Notes under the pieces: model-generated
Told to the model about the DNA's origin: nothing
The model's database searches: none
Seen by the model: the letters and a program-made list of their open reading frames with translations, nothing else
Shown: piece after piece, positions 46,674 to 60,010 of the stretch
Layout: the number at the start of each line of letters is the position of its first letter
Position numbering within the stretch: the first letter of the stretch is position 1
From: Heteronotia binoei
Lineage: Eukaryota
Length of the DNA stretch: 64,000 bases
Assembly (NCBI RefSeq): GCF_032191835.1
Contig: NC_083234.1
Location: 45,322,001 to 45,386,000, forward strand
Direction of reading: 5' to 3'
Program-made: the position numbers and the translations under genes

Positions 46674-46887
46674 CATATGAACATATGAAGCTGCCTTATA
46701 CTGAATCAGACCCTTGGTCCATCAAAGTCAATATTGTCTTCTCAGACTGGCAGCGGCTCTCCAGGGTCTCAAGCTGAGGTTTTTCCCACCTATTTGCCTG
46801 GACCCTTTTTTGGAGATGCCAGGGATTGAACCTGGGACCTTCTGCTTCCCAAGCAGATGCTCTACCACTGAGCCACCGTCCCTCCCC
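46674..46887 (-). mobile_element. Squam2-type SINE, young copy
   Basis: Nearly identical to the 33715 copy. Confidence 0.85.
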
Positions 46888-49800
46888 TATCTTTCAAGAC
46901 AGTGCTGGACAGGCTTTTGCAGCCAGGTGGGAACTGGCAAGTGGGAATAGCAGCCTTTCAAGCATGCTCTTATTTCCATCTGTTAAATGCTGAAGATACA
47001 GCGATGCACATCAAAAGTTAAAATCCCTTTGCTTTAAAAAGGGTGAATGTTTGACCTTATTGATAACATGGTTGTAGTGATTATATTAAAAAACCATGCG
47101 TACATAACCCAATTCCCTGATTAATAGCACATTTGAGGGCAGTCTTCTCCTGGTATCCAGCATATGATGGTGCTTATTCATCCATCATTGTAGCTGCTTG
47201 TTGGTGACCAGGAAACGTACCTGTTGTATAGACCGATCCATGGTCAGGTTGATGAAGAACTCAATAGACTTGCATCAGTGCTTAAGCGTAATTAGTTTTT
47301 AAAGTATGAGAAAGAAGGAAGATCATCTTCTGGCTCTGCATGGTCATAAAATACTTTTAAATATAGGACATCCTGTTATGGAGTCATTTAGTCCATTCAA
47401 ACCAAGCCTCATTTTACAATCTTGTGTGATTTAGAAACCTTTTCAGGAGAGGAATTCCTTGTGGCCATATGCAGAAAGCTGATGCAACCAAAACTCATCC
47501 CTGCCTTACAGGAAACATCCACAGTGAGTTTACTAACCTTGAAGGAAATGGTAATTAAGGAGCATTATTTATCTACTGCAATCATTTTTATCCCACATTC
47601 CCCTCAAGGAGCTCAGTGTGGCATACATAGTTCTCTCTTCTACATTTTATCCATTCAGCTACCTTGTGAGGTTGACAAAATATAACTGGCTCAGTGTCAC
47701 CCAAAGAGTTTAATGGCACAGCAGAGATATGAGCATGGATCTTCAGTATCATAGCCTTATATTCTAATTGCTAAACACTGGTCCCTTAATTCATGCTATA
47801 CTTTTTATTCCCAGAATACCATCCCCTGTAGATCCTCAAAGACTCCATAGATAAACTATATGGCGACAAATAACACAGTTGATGTAATCAAAGCATCAGA
47901 AGATTTCAACAGATGCAGCTGTCAGCTTCTTTATTTCAAAACTCCTGTTTCACCAAGGAAGTGCCAAGGGGGGGGGGGGGCGAAAGCAAAGATGAATCAC
48001 GGACGGAAACTAGAAAAAACAGAATGAAAGGGGTCTGCAGCCTTTTATAATCATACAGCCAAAAACTGCATCAACATTCAGAGCAAGAGATCAACAGTTT
48101 AAGATTACTGATAATTCACATGTTGATTGATAATCCATAAAGTTTCTATGGTCCAAAAACTGACTGTTGTGAATCTTTTATTAGAAAGCAGCAGAGATGA
48201 AATCTCACAATAAGTAATAAATATGTACAGGAGCACATTGCAGAGTTTTATTAGTGCATTGGCATAAATCTGTCCATAAGTCACTTACAATTGCCAACCC
48301 TGAGATTGAGAAATACCTGGAGATTTTGGGTATGGAGCCCAAGGAGGGTGTAGTTTGGGAAGGGGAGGGACTTCAGTGAGGTATAATGCTATAAAGTCCA
48401 CCTTCAAAACCAGCAATTTTTTTCCAGGAGAACTGATTTTTATCACCTGGAGGTCAGTTGTAGTCCCAGGAGATCTCCTGCCATCACCTGGAGGTTGGCA
48501 ACCCTATCTGTTCTTTACCTCTATAATTTCCCTTTCTATACAGTATCTCTAATAAATCCTTCACAAAATCTTTTCCTGCTTTACTCCTCACATACTGTTT
48601 TAGTATCCTGCCTACCCTGACAATATATCTTAGCTTAATTATTTCATTTTATTTTTAAAAGCCATATTTGGTTCCAGGCTAAAGCCATATTTGGCTCTAG
48701 AGCCATAGGTTGTGGGTCCCTGAAAATGAGGATAGAATTTAGCAAGTCAAAAGTGTTCATCAGGACCTGGTTCAGCAGACGTGGAGTTAGGGTGGAGATT
48801 ATCGGATTAGGAATCTGTTCCCCTCCATCGAATCTGTGTTCGGTAGATCTCAGACTAAGAGTGTAAGAGTCTTGCTTGAATCTACACCAAACTACATTTG
48901 TTCTCCATTGTGACCACTTCATGCCCCAAAGAAACGTAGGAGCAGAGCATGAAAGCAAAAAAACCCACATACCTTACCCTGAGTTGGAACTGTTATTCAG
49001 AGACTTAGTAGCCCCAAATCTAGAGATTCCATTTAGTTATCAGGGCTAAATGGAGTCAACTAATGCTGATTAACGTCTACCAAACAGTTTTGCTAAGCAG
49101 ACGAGTGAAGCAAAGTCTGGTTAGTAAAGCTTAACAATTATTGGCAGAGATTTTACTAAGTAACTGACGTTTTGTACCCAACCTTGCATTTATCAGATGC
49201 AAAACCATAGAGTACAAAAGGGCAGGCAGCTGAGACACAGACTCTCTCATTTAAAGTGCACTACAATCTATAAAACTATTTTTATATCAGAATTAAACTG
49301 GTACTGCTATTCATCGTGGTGAGCAGAAGGAGCCATTGCATCCACCCAGACTCTCAGCCAATCAGATCTTTTCTGCCAATATAGCATTTTGTTTTGTTAG
49401 CTCAAGGGAAAAGAAGAGATAGGAGATGTGGAAGAAACTGTATCGGCAGGCAGAGCTTTGACCCTGAAGAAATAAGAACAGACTATGGGTACTGAACAAA
49501 GTTTTGTTATTTGAAGCCAGAAGTTTAAGAATCTCTATAAATTGCTTAAGTGCCAAGAATGAGCTGAAACAGAGTAAAACAATTAATTCAACCAGGGAGC
49601 TTTATATCAGCATAATTTCTATTTATGGAGTGGAGCAAGTAAAAACAAACTCCTGCAGGTGCTGCTGTTCTTAGTGTTTTGGCACTATGATACCAAATAT
49701 CACTTGGAGCCCTTGACAATGAGAAGTGGATACACATGTTCTAATAAGTAATTTCATTTTTAAAATTGTCAGGAAAAAACAAGTTTAGCCTTCCCTCCAA

Positions 49801-51096
49801 GATGGGAGTTCCATGTTTAGAACTTCCAAGTACAAATAGTAGCCACTTGGTACTCTAGTCTGAGACCACAGAGCAGGGAATGGGCTGAATCCTTTTGCCA
49901 GCATTATTTTCATGACTTGAAATGACCCCACAGAATGAGATGATATTTGTCCCTTTGATGCCTGGAAGCTTACTCCAACAGGGTGAATAACAGCTGTATG
50001 GGTTCACTTCAAGTTGGAAATGTGCAGGGGAAAGGGCTAAATAAACACGATTTCCCCTGGGTCTCAACCTTGTCCCAATAGAGAACTGCTCATTTAATAA
50101 ACACAAATCCCTAAGCAAGTGAAGCTTTCCTGGCAGGAAGAGAGATATTGCCTGCTTATTGCCCAATGGACATGCACATCAAACTGCTGTTAATTAGTCA
50201 GCTAGAGGGGAGATGATTTCAAAGTTAACAATTGTTGTTGTGACCCATCCCTCACGTATAGCTATTCAACATCTCCGTCTCTCTCTCACACACACATACT
50301 TTTATCTTTAATCCGAGTCCCTTCATTAAAGGACCATTCTACAACCAAGAAAAACTCTTCTGCACAAATTCATAGTGATGAAAAAAATACTCAGTTACCA
50401 ACAGGGCTTTTTTTCTGGAGAGGTGCCAGAACTCTCAAGTGTGAAATGAAGGAGAAACACATGGGTGCCCCACATGAACATTTAAACATTTTTTGAAAAT
50501 TTTGTTTTCACAAAGAGGTTATGGAACTCCATTCCATCATGTTCCCCCAGAAAAAAAGCCCTGTTTACCAACAACTTCAGGCCTGTCATCAGCACTGAAA
50601 ATTCCCAGGACATAGCATGGAGGATCATGCAGATCTCTTTTCTAAGGATCAAAAAAGGAAGTGCCACCCACAACACCACTCTGAGAGCAGAGTCTAATTT
50701 AAAATGTCACCACTCACCTTGGTCTTGTCCCAAGCCATCTGGAGTAAGAATGCAATGAGCAGCTGAGAATGACAGTTCCTTAACTATGGCAGGGGAAACG
50801 CCAACTTAATTTCACCCTTGGAGCAATATTTCCCGACTTTTTACTAGGAATTGTGCAATATTTATTCCACAATTATATTCAGAGCTTTTTTTTTTAGAAG
50901 GAATGTGCAGGAATGCAGTTCCAGCTGGTTTGGTGTCAGGGTGTGTGGTTTAATATGCAAATTAATTCCTGCTGGGCTTTTTCATAGAGCCGTGTGTGTG
51001 TATAATTTTCATACATACCACATTTCTAGAACAGCTCAGAGCCAAGATTAACCAAATACTTGCTGTAAAAAAAAGGTCTTAGAACATTTTCAAAGC

Positions 51097-51283
51097 CAGG
51101 GCTTTTTTGGTAGAAAAAGTCCAGCAGAAACTCATTTGCACATTATGCCACACCCCCTGATGTCACCATTGTTCCACACGGCTTTTTGTAGAAAAAGCCC
51201 AGTAGGGACTCATTTGCATATTAGGTCACACTCCCTGATTCCACGCCAGTTGGAACTGTGTTCCTGCTCAAAAAAAGCCCAGT
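51097..51283. mobile_element. cagggcttttt...aaaaaagccc MITE with an internal direct repeat carrying the octamer ATTTGCAT
   Basis: TIRs cagggctttttt / aaaaaagcccag. Related copies at ~50880-51000 and 58063-58230. Confidence 0.7.
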
Positions 51284-52963
51284 TCAAAACAATAAAAGAA
51301 ATGGGTTTACTAACCACTGGAAGGATGTTTTACAGTTTAGGAGCTACAGCCTAAAGGAGCTACTTGTATCCAAATAATGGCAATCATAAAGTGCTTTACA
51401 GTAAGCAACATACTTCACAACTATCTAAGAAGTTCTAACAATCCTGCAAGGTAGGTCTATACGGTTACCCCATTTTCCATATTGCAAAATGGGACCTGAG
51501 GGAAGGGTTGCCAGCTCTGTTAGAAAATTCCTGGAGATTTTGGGAGCAGAGCCTGTGAAGGGCAAGGTTTGAGGAGGGAACTCAGCAGGGTATAGTGCCA
51601 CCCTCGAAAACAGCCATTTTCTTTAGGGGTGCTGACCTCTGTCATCTTCTGGGAGATATCCAGGCCCCACTTGGAGGCTGGCAACCTTGCAGAGGGGTAT
51701 ACATTTTGAAATGTAGTAGGATAATTACATTTTTCTAGTATACCTGTAACCATCTTGACTTTTAAATCCATTTTAAAAAGTAACTAAAATACAGCATATA
51801 ACAAGCAAAGACTTTTCAGCAATGTGTGGTATGGAGGTAAGGACCTCTAATAGGAATATTAGCTATGAAAATAGAGGGGTTACAACTTTAGCTGTATTTT
51901 TAACCTGTGAAATTCTGGAAAGCATGCATAAGGATTCAAAACAGGCTCCCACCCAGTCACTAACCAAACCTAGTTGCTTCTGCAAGGTTTAGCCAGCTGA
52001 AGCAGGTTAAAATAGAAGGCTGTGCACCACATGGTTTCTCCACAAGAAAGCGAAAGTACAATCAAAATGAATTTAACCATCATTTCACTCAAAATTTTAA
52101 CTTCCACAGACCTTAAGGAAGGAGTTGAATCCTGAAGAACTGTATCTTGTCATACTAACAGCATTTTTTTAAAAAAGGATCCCCCATCAAAAAATAAAAA
52201 CAACCCTCAAAGTATGGATAGTGATTTATCTGGAACATCCACCAAAACCAAAAGGAACTGTCCATGGCAAATAAAGACACTTGGGACATATTCTATTTGG
52301 AAATGTGTAAGCTGAACAACAGATTTTGAGTATTTAACTTTAGAAACATCTCCTCAAATACGTTATCCCTAATCCCCTCTAAATATCTTGCTATAGTAAT
52401 TAATTAGATATAGATCCATTGTGGGGATTGGTGGGTAAAACTGGATAAGCCAAATTAGTGGAGCCCAGGGCATTTCCCCTTTTCCACCACATCAGCTGGC
52501 ACTGTTTTCAGGGTAAACAGCCGAGCCTGGGTGAGTCATGCAAGGTGCATGGTGCAAGTCACCGAGTTCTTGCCTCTTGGCCCAGCCCAAACTGATTGCC
52601 TAGCAACACACACAACAACCACTCAGAGAACATTTGTTTCTGAAAGCTACAGGCACTGCTTCTGTAATTTGGGGCAGTTTAACACACATGCCCCCCCCAC
52701 ACACACACCTTTTTATAGATTTCAGATTTTTCTGCAAACCTGGAGTCTTTCCGTGTTTGTCAAAAGATCTATCCTGTCTGTTCATGGCTCCAGTCTCTGG
52801 ATTTAAGTATCCACAGATTTGGTCATGTTGAGAGTTATACTGATGACCAGGTGCTTATAGGCATTGCTCAGAATCATAGTCAGGAGTTCCCATGAAGGAT
52901 AATATTGCTTTGTGAGGGGTGAATGTTATGTGTGCATGAGCACATAAAAGCCTACCAATTCAC

Positions 52964-53485
52964 TAGGGTTGCCAGGTCAAACTCAGGAAATATCTGGGAC
53001 TTTGGGGATGGAGCCAGGAGACTTTGGGGATGTAAGCCAGGAGCAAGGGTATGACAAACACAATTGAACTCTGAAGGGAGTTCTGGCCATTACAGTTAAA
53101 GGGACCACATGCCTTCCCTCCATTTGGAAATAATGAAGAATTGGGGCGCCTTCTTTGTGGCTCATAGGATTGGACCAGGGGGTCCAATTCTATGATCCCC
53201 AAAATAAGGTGCCCCCATCCTTCATTACTGAAACTTGGGGGGGGGGTATTTTGAGAAGAAGCACCAGATGCTAAGCTTAAAATTTGGTGCCTTTGCCTCA
53301 AAAAACAGCCCCCCAGAGCCCCAGATACTCACAGATTGATTATCTATTATACTCTATAAGGACTGGTCTCCATAGGGTATAATGGAGTGCCCAGCAGACA
53401 TTTCCCTCCTCCACCCCTGTTTTCTGATAACCCTGAAGTAGGAAGAGGGGGATCCCCTGCCCACAACTGGGGATTGAGCAACAAG
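52964..53485. mobile_element. Long (~500 bp) tagggttgcca-family hAT element
   Basis: Collinear with the 61277-61765 copy along its length. Confidence 0.75.
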
Positions 53486-54553
53486 CAAAGAGCTACGCAG
53501 ATCAGGAACAAAGAGCAGAGAAACAAGGTTAGAAAAAACCTCCATGAAAACCAGCCTCCAAAGTTATACACAAATCATACACTTTATTAATTATTCAAAA
53601 ATATTCAAAATTATTACAAATAATCTGTATAACAATAAGAGTATAGAAGGAACATATAGCCTCACCCAAAGTCATTCAGAAACAAGTAAAATGTCCAGTA
53701 TCTCTCAAAATTTATATTCCAACAGGGAAGTCTTTCACAGAGAACAATGCTCCAAAAAGTTTCTCTTCTGTACAGCAAGGCACAGGAAGTGATCTGCAGT
53801 GTGGCAGTACTTTATCCCACATTTTTCATTCGCTTCTACGAGCTTTCAAAAATTTTTTATCTAATTCAAATGCTGATGCTTGTATTAACTTCTATTCGGT
53901 ATGGTCAATTTCCACTATTGAACAATTTAATTTAAAACATAATAAATACATAAATAAAATGAAATCTCATTCAAAAAAGTAGAATTTGCCATGATCATCT
54001 AAAACAAATAATGGTCATGTTATCTTGGCAAGCTGAAAAAGATCTGCTTTCAAAATTTTGCTTCGTAAACGCGACTTGTTATTTTGAACAGGCCAATTTA
54101 GCATCATACTGTTGATGTGAAAGCATATTATGTTATTATAGCTTGTGATAGCAAAAACAACAAACAAACCTTCCTTGCTCAATAAATTCATAGGAATTAT
54201 ATTTGAATGAAGGGTAGGAATTATTTTGTTTTGTAATGTTACCTCCAGCCATAAGGGTATCCAGAAATGTTTAGCACTAAACCTCTTATACATAGAATGT
54301 AGAATCTGGTAATTTTACACTGTGATGTTGTCCCTTCCATCATTCAAAGATTCTAAATTATAGTTCCCACCAGCAGATGAAAGTGACCCTTCCTCTCCTC
54401 TTCCAATCTATTTGTGTATGTCCAGGTTTAGTCAGAGCAGCTGATGCACGCACCTGAGGGCTCTTTCTGCTCTTCAGCCTGCAGGTTCTAACACGCTGGC
54501 TTGCCGTCCATCTCAGGCTTCAGAACAGCACAGGGCTGGCTAGGCCTGAACAA

Positions 54554-54567
54554 GTTGCCATGGCAAC
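54554..54567. promoter_or_regulatory. Perfect RFX X-box palindrome GTTGCCATGGCAAC
   Basis: Exact 14-bp consensus palindrome outside any recognisable repeat; splice donors point away from it on both strands. Confidence 0.6.
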
Positions 54568-55390
54568 CAGTGATTTGAAATACCATCTTGGAGTGAGCTT
54601 ACTGAAGCAGCATTGAAAGAGCAGGAAGGAGGGGGAGAAAGTAAGTATGCAAAGGCTGGCCTTTTGTCATTTCTCACTCCTCCTGCCAGCCAGGGCATTA
54701 TGGTGTAGGTCATTTTTTAATCTCCTGAAGATGGCCTTTGGTTAATCTTATTAGAAACTGCAAAATAAATTACATTGGAGACGGGAAGAAAAATACTAAT
54801 TTCCCTGCAGGTTTTCGTGGTGACGCACTAAAAGCTAAACCTCCAAGGCACTATTAAAACTTGGCACCTGTCCATTGTTAAGGGAATACAGCAGATTCTA
54901 GAAGCATTTGATTTTTTTTAATTACCTAGAATTATTTGTAAATATACATCATTCCTGTTTTCAATTTGTATCTGCTTTATATCATGTCATAAATTTCAAG
55001 CAGGCTGCAAGGTACTGTGTTCTGTCAAAATGTGGGAGCTGTTATCTTGGGGAAAGTATCTACAGGCATTGAACTACAGCACCCTCCCCTAGGCAACTGC
55101 CTAGGGCTGCCTAGTAGATGGGTCACCTCCAATTATCACCAAAACCTGCAGCACCCTAAATCAGGGATGATTCAATATCCTCCATGATAATTATCTGCAT
55201 CATATTGGACAAAAAGGACCCAAACCATCCTGAAACTCCTAAACCAGGTTCCAGACAGTATACAGGATAGTATAATTGAACATATCATACATGTCTTACA
55301 AAGCAAGTATAGTTGAGGTCAAATATCCACTATCTTCCTGTAAATAGAGGTTGTCTACCAGCACAACCAAAACTGTTGTCTCGCAGATAA

Positions 55391-55667
55391 AAGCCAGTTT
55401 GGTATAGTGGTTAAGAGTGCAAACTCTTATCTGGGAGAACCAGGTTTGATTCCACACTCCTCCACATGCACCGCTGATGTGACCTTGAGTCAGTCACAAG
55501 TTCTCACAGAGCTGTTCCTTTCAAGAGCAGTTTCTGTCAGTGCTCACTCAGCTCCACCTATCTCAGAGGATGTCTGTTGTAGAGAGGGGAAGGGAAAGGA
55601 GATTGTAAGCCACTCTGAGACTCCTTTAGGTAGTGAAGGGTGGGGTATAAATCCAATCTTCTTCTTC
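55391..55667 (+). mobile_element. Squam3-type SINE
   Basis: Full head and (tct)n tail. Confidence 0.85.
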
Positions 55668-56845
55668 TCTAGGGTTCCAAACAAACATGGGGGGGAAAGT
55701 CTTGTCCCTTTAATACTAATAATCAGCCGCTGAATCTTTTCATGGCATGGAGATACACATGAAGCTGCTTTATACTGAGTCAGACCACTTGTTTAGGTTT
55801 GTCTACTTTGTCTGCAAGTAGCTCTCAAGAGTCTCAGGTTGAGGTCTTTCCCATCACTTACTGCCTGAGCCTATTAACAGGAGATGTCAGGGGTTGAACC
55901 TGGCTGGGATCTTCTGCCAAGCAGATGCTTCATCACTGAGCCATGTTCTCTCCCTACCCAACATCAGCTGGTAAATAGTATCCATTAAGCCTTTATCAAA
56001 GGGACAGGACATTTTCCTCCAAGCAATTGGCAACTCTTTATCTTATAACTAGGCTTGAAGTTTTATCGAACTAGATCCTCCATTCTTCTCTCATCCTTTA
56101 TTATACTTGTGAACAAAGGACATTTGTTGGAAAGCAAAAGTTCCATCCATATGCTATCACAAGATCTTTGACATTTAACAGAAGAAAATAGGGACATGCT
56201 CATAATACTCAGGTGCTCATACTAAGAATCACCACTCAAGCTCTAAGTCACTATCCCCCCCCCCCTTTTATATGTTGCATTTGTTTGCTTTGCAATCACT
56301 ATTTTCCACTAGGAAGGGGGGGGGTTGTTAAAGATATACTAGAAAAACCTGATTATCCCACAGCAGGTTATAAAACAGTTCAAACTATGCTCTTTGGCTG
56401 TAAAATGGGAGGGTATGCACTGCATGATGCCTTATGGTTCATGGACATGCTATGACACTACTAGCAAGGTACTCTCTCCTGTGAGCTTTAATAATATATT
56501 TATTCAATGAATTTATATATTGTTCTCACCAATAATTTGCCCACACAGACACAAAAAGCATAAAAAAGAGAACAAGCCCAAAGTAGAAAACCAGCAACAA
56601 TACTTCAGATAAAATTAATCCTGTTTGTTTCCAATGGGTATGCATCCAGTTCATTGCTTGATTTACAGAAACACCCCCCCTCCCATTGTGCAGTACGTCA
56701 AGACTGAGAACAGAAGTCTTCAATTTGCTCTACTTTGGTGGAATGTTTGAATGCAGTCATTGTAATAAACTGAGATTAGTTTATTCCACAGTAAAGTATT
56801 ATTAAACTCTGTAACCTCAACAGTGATGATAGTTCACTTGACTAA

Positions 56846-56959
56846 GGGTGTGTTCACACTACACTAAAAAATGCATTTTGCAACTGGATTTTGCTGTTTT
56901 CATACAGTTAAAATCCAGTTGCAAAATGCATTATTTAGTGTAGTAGTGTGAATGCCCCC
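56846..56959. mobile_element. Palindromic PIF/Harbinger-like MITE
   Basis: Flanked by TAA (56843-56845 and 56960-56962); arms aatgcattttgcaactggatttt / aaaatccagttgcaaaatgcatt. Confidence 0.8.
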
Positions 56960-59305
56960 TAAGTGTTGGAATCATGGCTGTCTTCTCTCCAGGATAGGAC
57001 AGGATAAAAGCAGCATCTGGCAGCTGCCACCACTGTTGCACAACCATTAGAAATCCAGTTTTGAGTTCCAGTGCCTTGACTACTGTGAATGGACAGCCAC
57101 ATTACAGACTGTTTACTGGCACATTAATTTCAAGTATATAGTAGGAATGCCAAATGCTAGAATAGCTACATCAAGACACGGATATTCCAAGCATCCACCC
57201 ACCATGTTCAATTAGTATTACTCAAGAAGGGGAAGCAGAATGCCAAATGATAGCATGGAAGGAGACAGAATAACTGGTTATAGCTACCTATCCCATACTG
57301 GTTTCAGGGAAAATCCAGTGTGGTTGTGCTGAGTTACCTCTCTACTCTGGGGTATGTTGAGTTACTCAGTCCAAATTACATCACACTGGACTGAGAACCT
57401 CTTAAGTGGAAATGCTTTAGTTCTTCCCAAGGCAGCCAGATCCTTTGTACTAAAGTATTCCTTAGTTGTCCAGATTAATGGTCTGAGGGCTAGCTAAATA
57501 AAAAGACTTATTTCTTTCTGAGACTGCTGCCATTCCCAGTGGACATGAGGAGATGCTGAATTGTGCCTTTTTGACCTTTGAATTGAGGATGTCTCAAAAA
57601 TTATTTATTGGGTTTCGTGTGATTGACAGAGAAAAAGATGGATAAAGGATGGGTGAGTCCAACAAAACAGAGGTGGGATGGCAGCAAAATATTGTTTGAT
57701 AAGTATGACTTTATCTGTTAGAATACTGCACCTATCATAATTTGGCAAAGTAGGTCACACTCTCCTGAGTATGGGGGCAGAAAAAAACAATTTGGAACCT
57801 GTTTTACAGTTTGTATTTAGGTAATGACAGAAGATTGAGTTTAGCTGGAATTCCCCACTCCTTCATTCTTTTATGTTTAAGATCCTCCCTATGGTTGGAA
57901 TATGAATTGTAGAAGCCCCTTCAGCTATCTGTGAAATAGATGTGTTACCCACCTCAGCTATTTGTGGAATAGATATGTGGTGCCATCCAACAGTAGATTA
58001 AATCATTGGACAGTATTAGAGTATAACTGTATTGTATGTATCTTACTATGTATTGATGTACAGCAGGGTATTTTTTTGAGCAGGAACGCAGTTCTCGCTG
58101 GTTTGGTGTCAGAGGGTGTGGCCTGGTATGCAAATGAGTTTCTGCAGGGCCTTTTCTACAAAAAGCATAACGATGGTGATGTCAGGGGGTGTGGCCTAAT
58201 ATGCAAGTGAGTTCCTGCTGGGCTTTTTAGTAGAAAAAGTATCGTATATGTTGTACGCTGCCACGAGTTCTGCTAGCAGGAAATGGAGTGGGATAGAAAT
58301 CAAATAAACTAAACAGCCTGGAAGCCTGTGAGGATCCACATCATTGCTATCTGATTATTCATTTTTTCCCTACCTGTATTTAGGACAAAATATATCAAAT
58401 AGGACATTTGCACCCAGTAGATTCTACTCATAGATCAGTAAAAACACATACGTTTCCTCTACTCACTTTTTCTTTCTCTTGCATGCCAAATCCTTCTGCA
58501 TTGATCTGGAATTTCTCACCTCTCAGAGAAGGGAGACATGTAACAATACTAAACCAAAAGAGAGGTTAGGTCACAGTATGTTTGAACAGATTGCTGTTGC
58601 CATACTGTAGTCAGTTATTCTTCTGCTAGATATCATATGTAGTCTAAGGCAGCATTTGTTTGGTCTGTAGGTGATTGAGAGAGAATATTTAATAGGGTTG
58701 CCAGCCTCCAGGCGGGGCCTTCACTTTTACAACTGATCTCCAGCTGGCAGAGATCAGCTCCCCTGAAGAAAAAGGCTGCTTTCAAGGGTAGACTCTATAG
58801 CATTGTACCGTGCTGAGGCCCCTCCCCTCCCCAAACCCCACCATCTCCTGGATCCACTCCCAAAGTCTCCAGGTATTTCCCAACACATACCTGGCAACCC
58901 TGGTTAACAAGCTTCCTGACACTGCTGTTATGCAGTTTCCAACCATTTAAATTAGGCTTGCACAGCAGTCAGCAGAGCTTCCTGACAGACTGGGTCCCAT
59001 GTTATTTAGCAAGGAAAAGGATCCCATTTGGATTTTTTTATTTGCCAGCAAAAGCTACTTCCAAGAGTTGCCAACATCCAGGTCGCATCTGGAACTCTCC
59101 CACTATTACAATTATTTCCAGACGACCAAGATCAGCTCCCCTGGGGCAAATGGCTGATTTAGAGTGCAGACTCTATGGCATCCTACCCTGCAGAGGTCCC
59201 TCTCCTCCCAAAGCTTCACCCCTCCCACACACACAAACACACTTTCTAACCCAAGCTGGCAACCCTATCCTTCAACTTCACTAGATGGAAATTTGCTACT
59301 GTGTT

Positions 59306-59599
59306 GGTCCTTGTCGCAGAGTGGTAAAGCTGCAGTACTGCAGTCGGAACCCTCTGCTCACGACCTGAGTTCGATTCCAGCGGAAGCTGGTTCAGGTAAC
59401 CGGCTCGAGGTTGACTCAGCCTTCCATCCTTTTGAGATTGGTAAAATGAGTACCCAGCTTGCTGGGGGGAAAGTGTAATGACCGGGGAAGGCAATGGCAA
59501 ACCACCCCATAAAAGGTCTGCCGTGAAAACGTTGTGAAAGCAGCATCACCCCAGAGTCGAAAATGACTGGTGCTTGCACAAGGGGACCTTTCCTTTCCT
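59306..59599 (+). mobile_element. Sauria SINE
   Basis: Same consensus as the 16106 copy. Confidence 0.85.
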
Positions 59600-59919
59600 C
59601 ATCCTTTAGAAAGAAATCCACCCCCACTCCCTATTGCGCTACTGTTGCGCTCCTGTTTGGATCGTCTTTCAAGTCTCTCCTTGGCTCTCCATGTGCCGAG
59701 ATAATGTGTCATTCTTTCTTCGGTGGATATGAGTTGATTCACAGTGCAGCCAGAGTCATCCCAGATGAGAATTGGCATGCTGATTATGCGTGGATTAGGA
59801 TTGACTGCCTGGGGGAGGGGGGTGGTGCATGATCATGCTTACCTCCCTACTTTGCAAGGAATTTGTGGGAAGAAGTTTGCTCATTATTCCTGTTACTGTT
59901 AACACCTGCCAGAAGCCTT

Positions 59920-60010
59920 AGTGCTGCATTTCAAACCAGTTGAGGCTTTTGGTCAGTCTTCAAGGAGCACATTGTAGCAATCTAACCTGGATGTAAAGAG
60001 GGCATGGCTG
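59920..60010 (-). mobile_element. L2 ORF2 remnant
   Basis: Reverse strand reads TSRLDCYNVLL, a decayed form of the L2 TSRLDYCNALY motif. Confidence 0.5.

Noticed and set aside
47260-47280. In-frame TGA followed by CKSIEFF, considered as possible selenocysteine
   Set aside because: No selenoprotein motif or SECIS recognised. Better explained as 5'UTR or non-coding sequence.
53520-54000. AT-rich stretch resembling a retroelement end (Penelope- or DIRS-like)
   Set aside because: No ORF motif or terminal structure could be confirmed.
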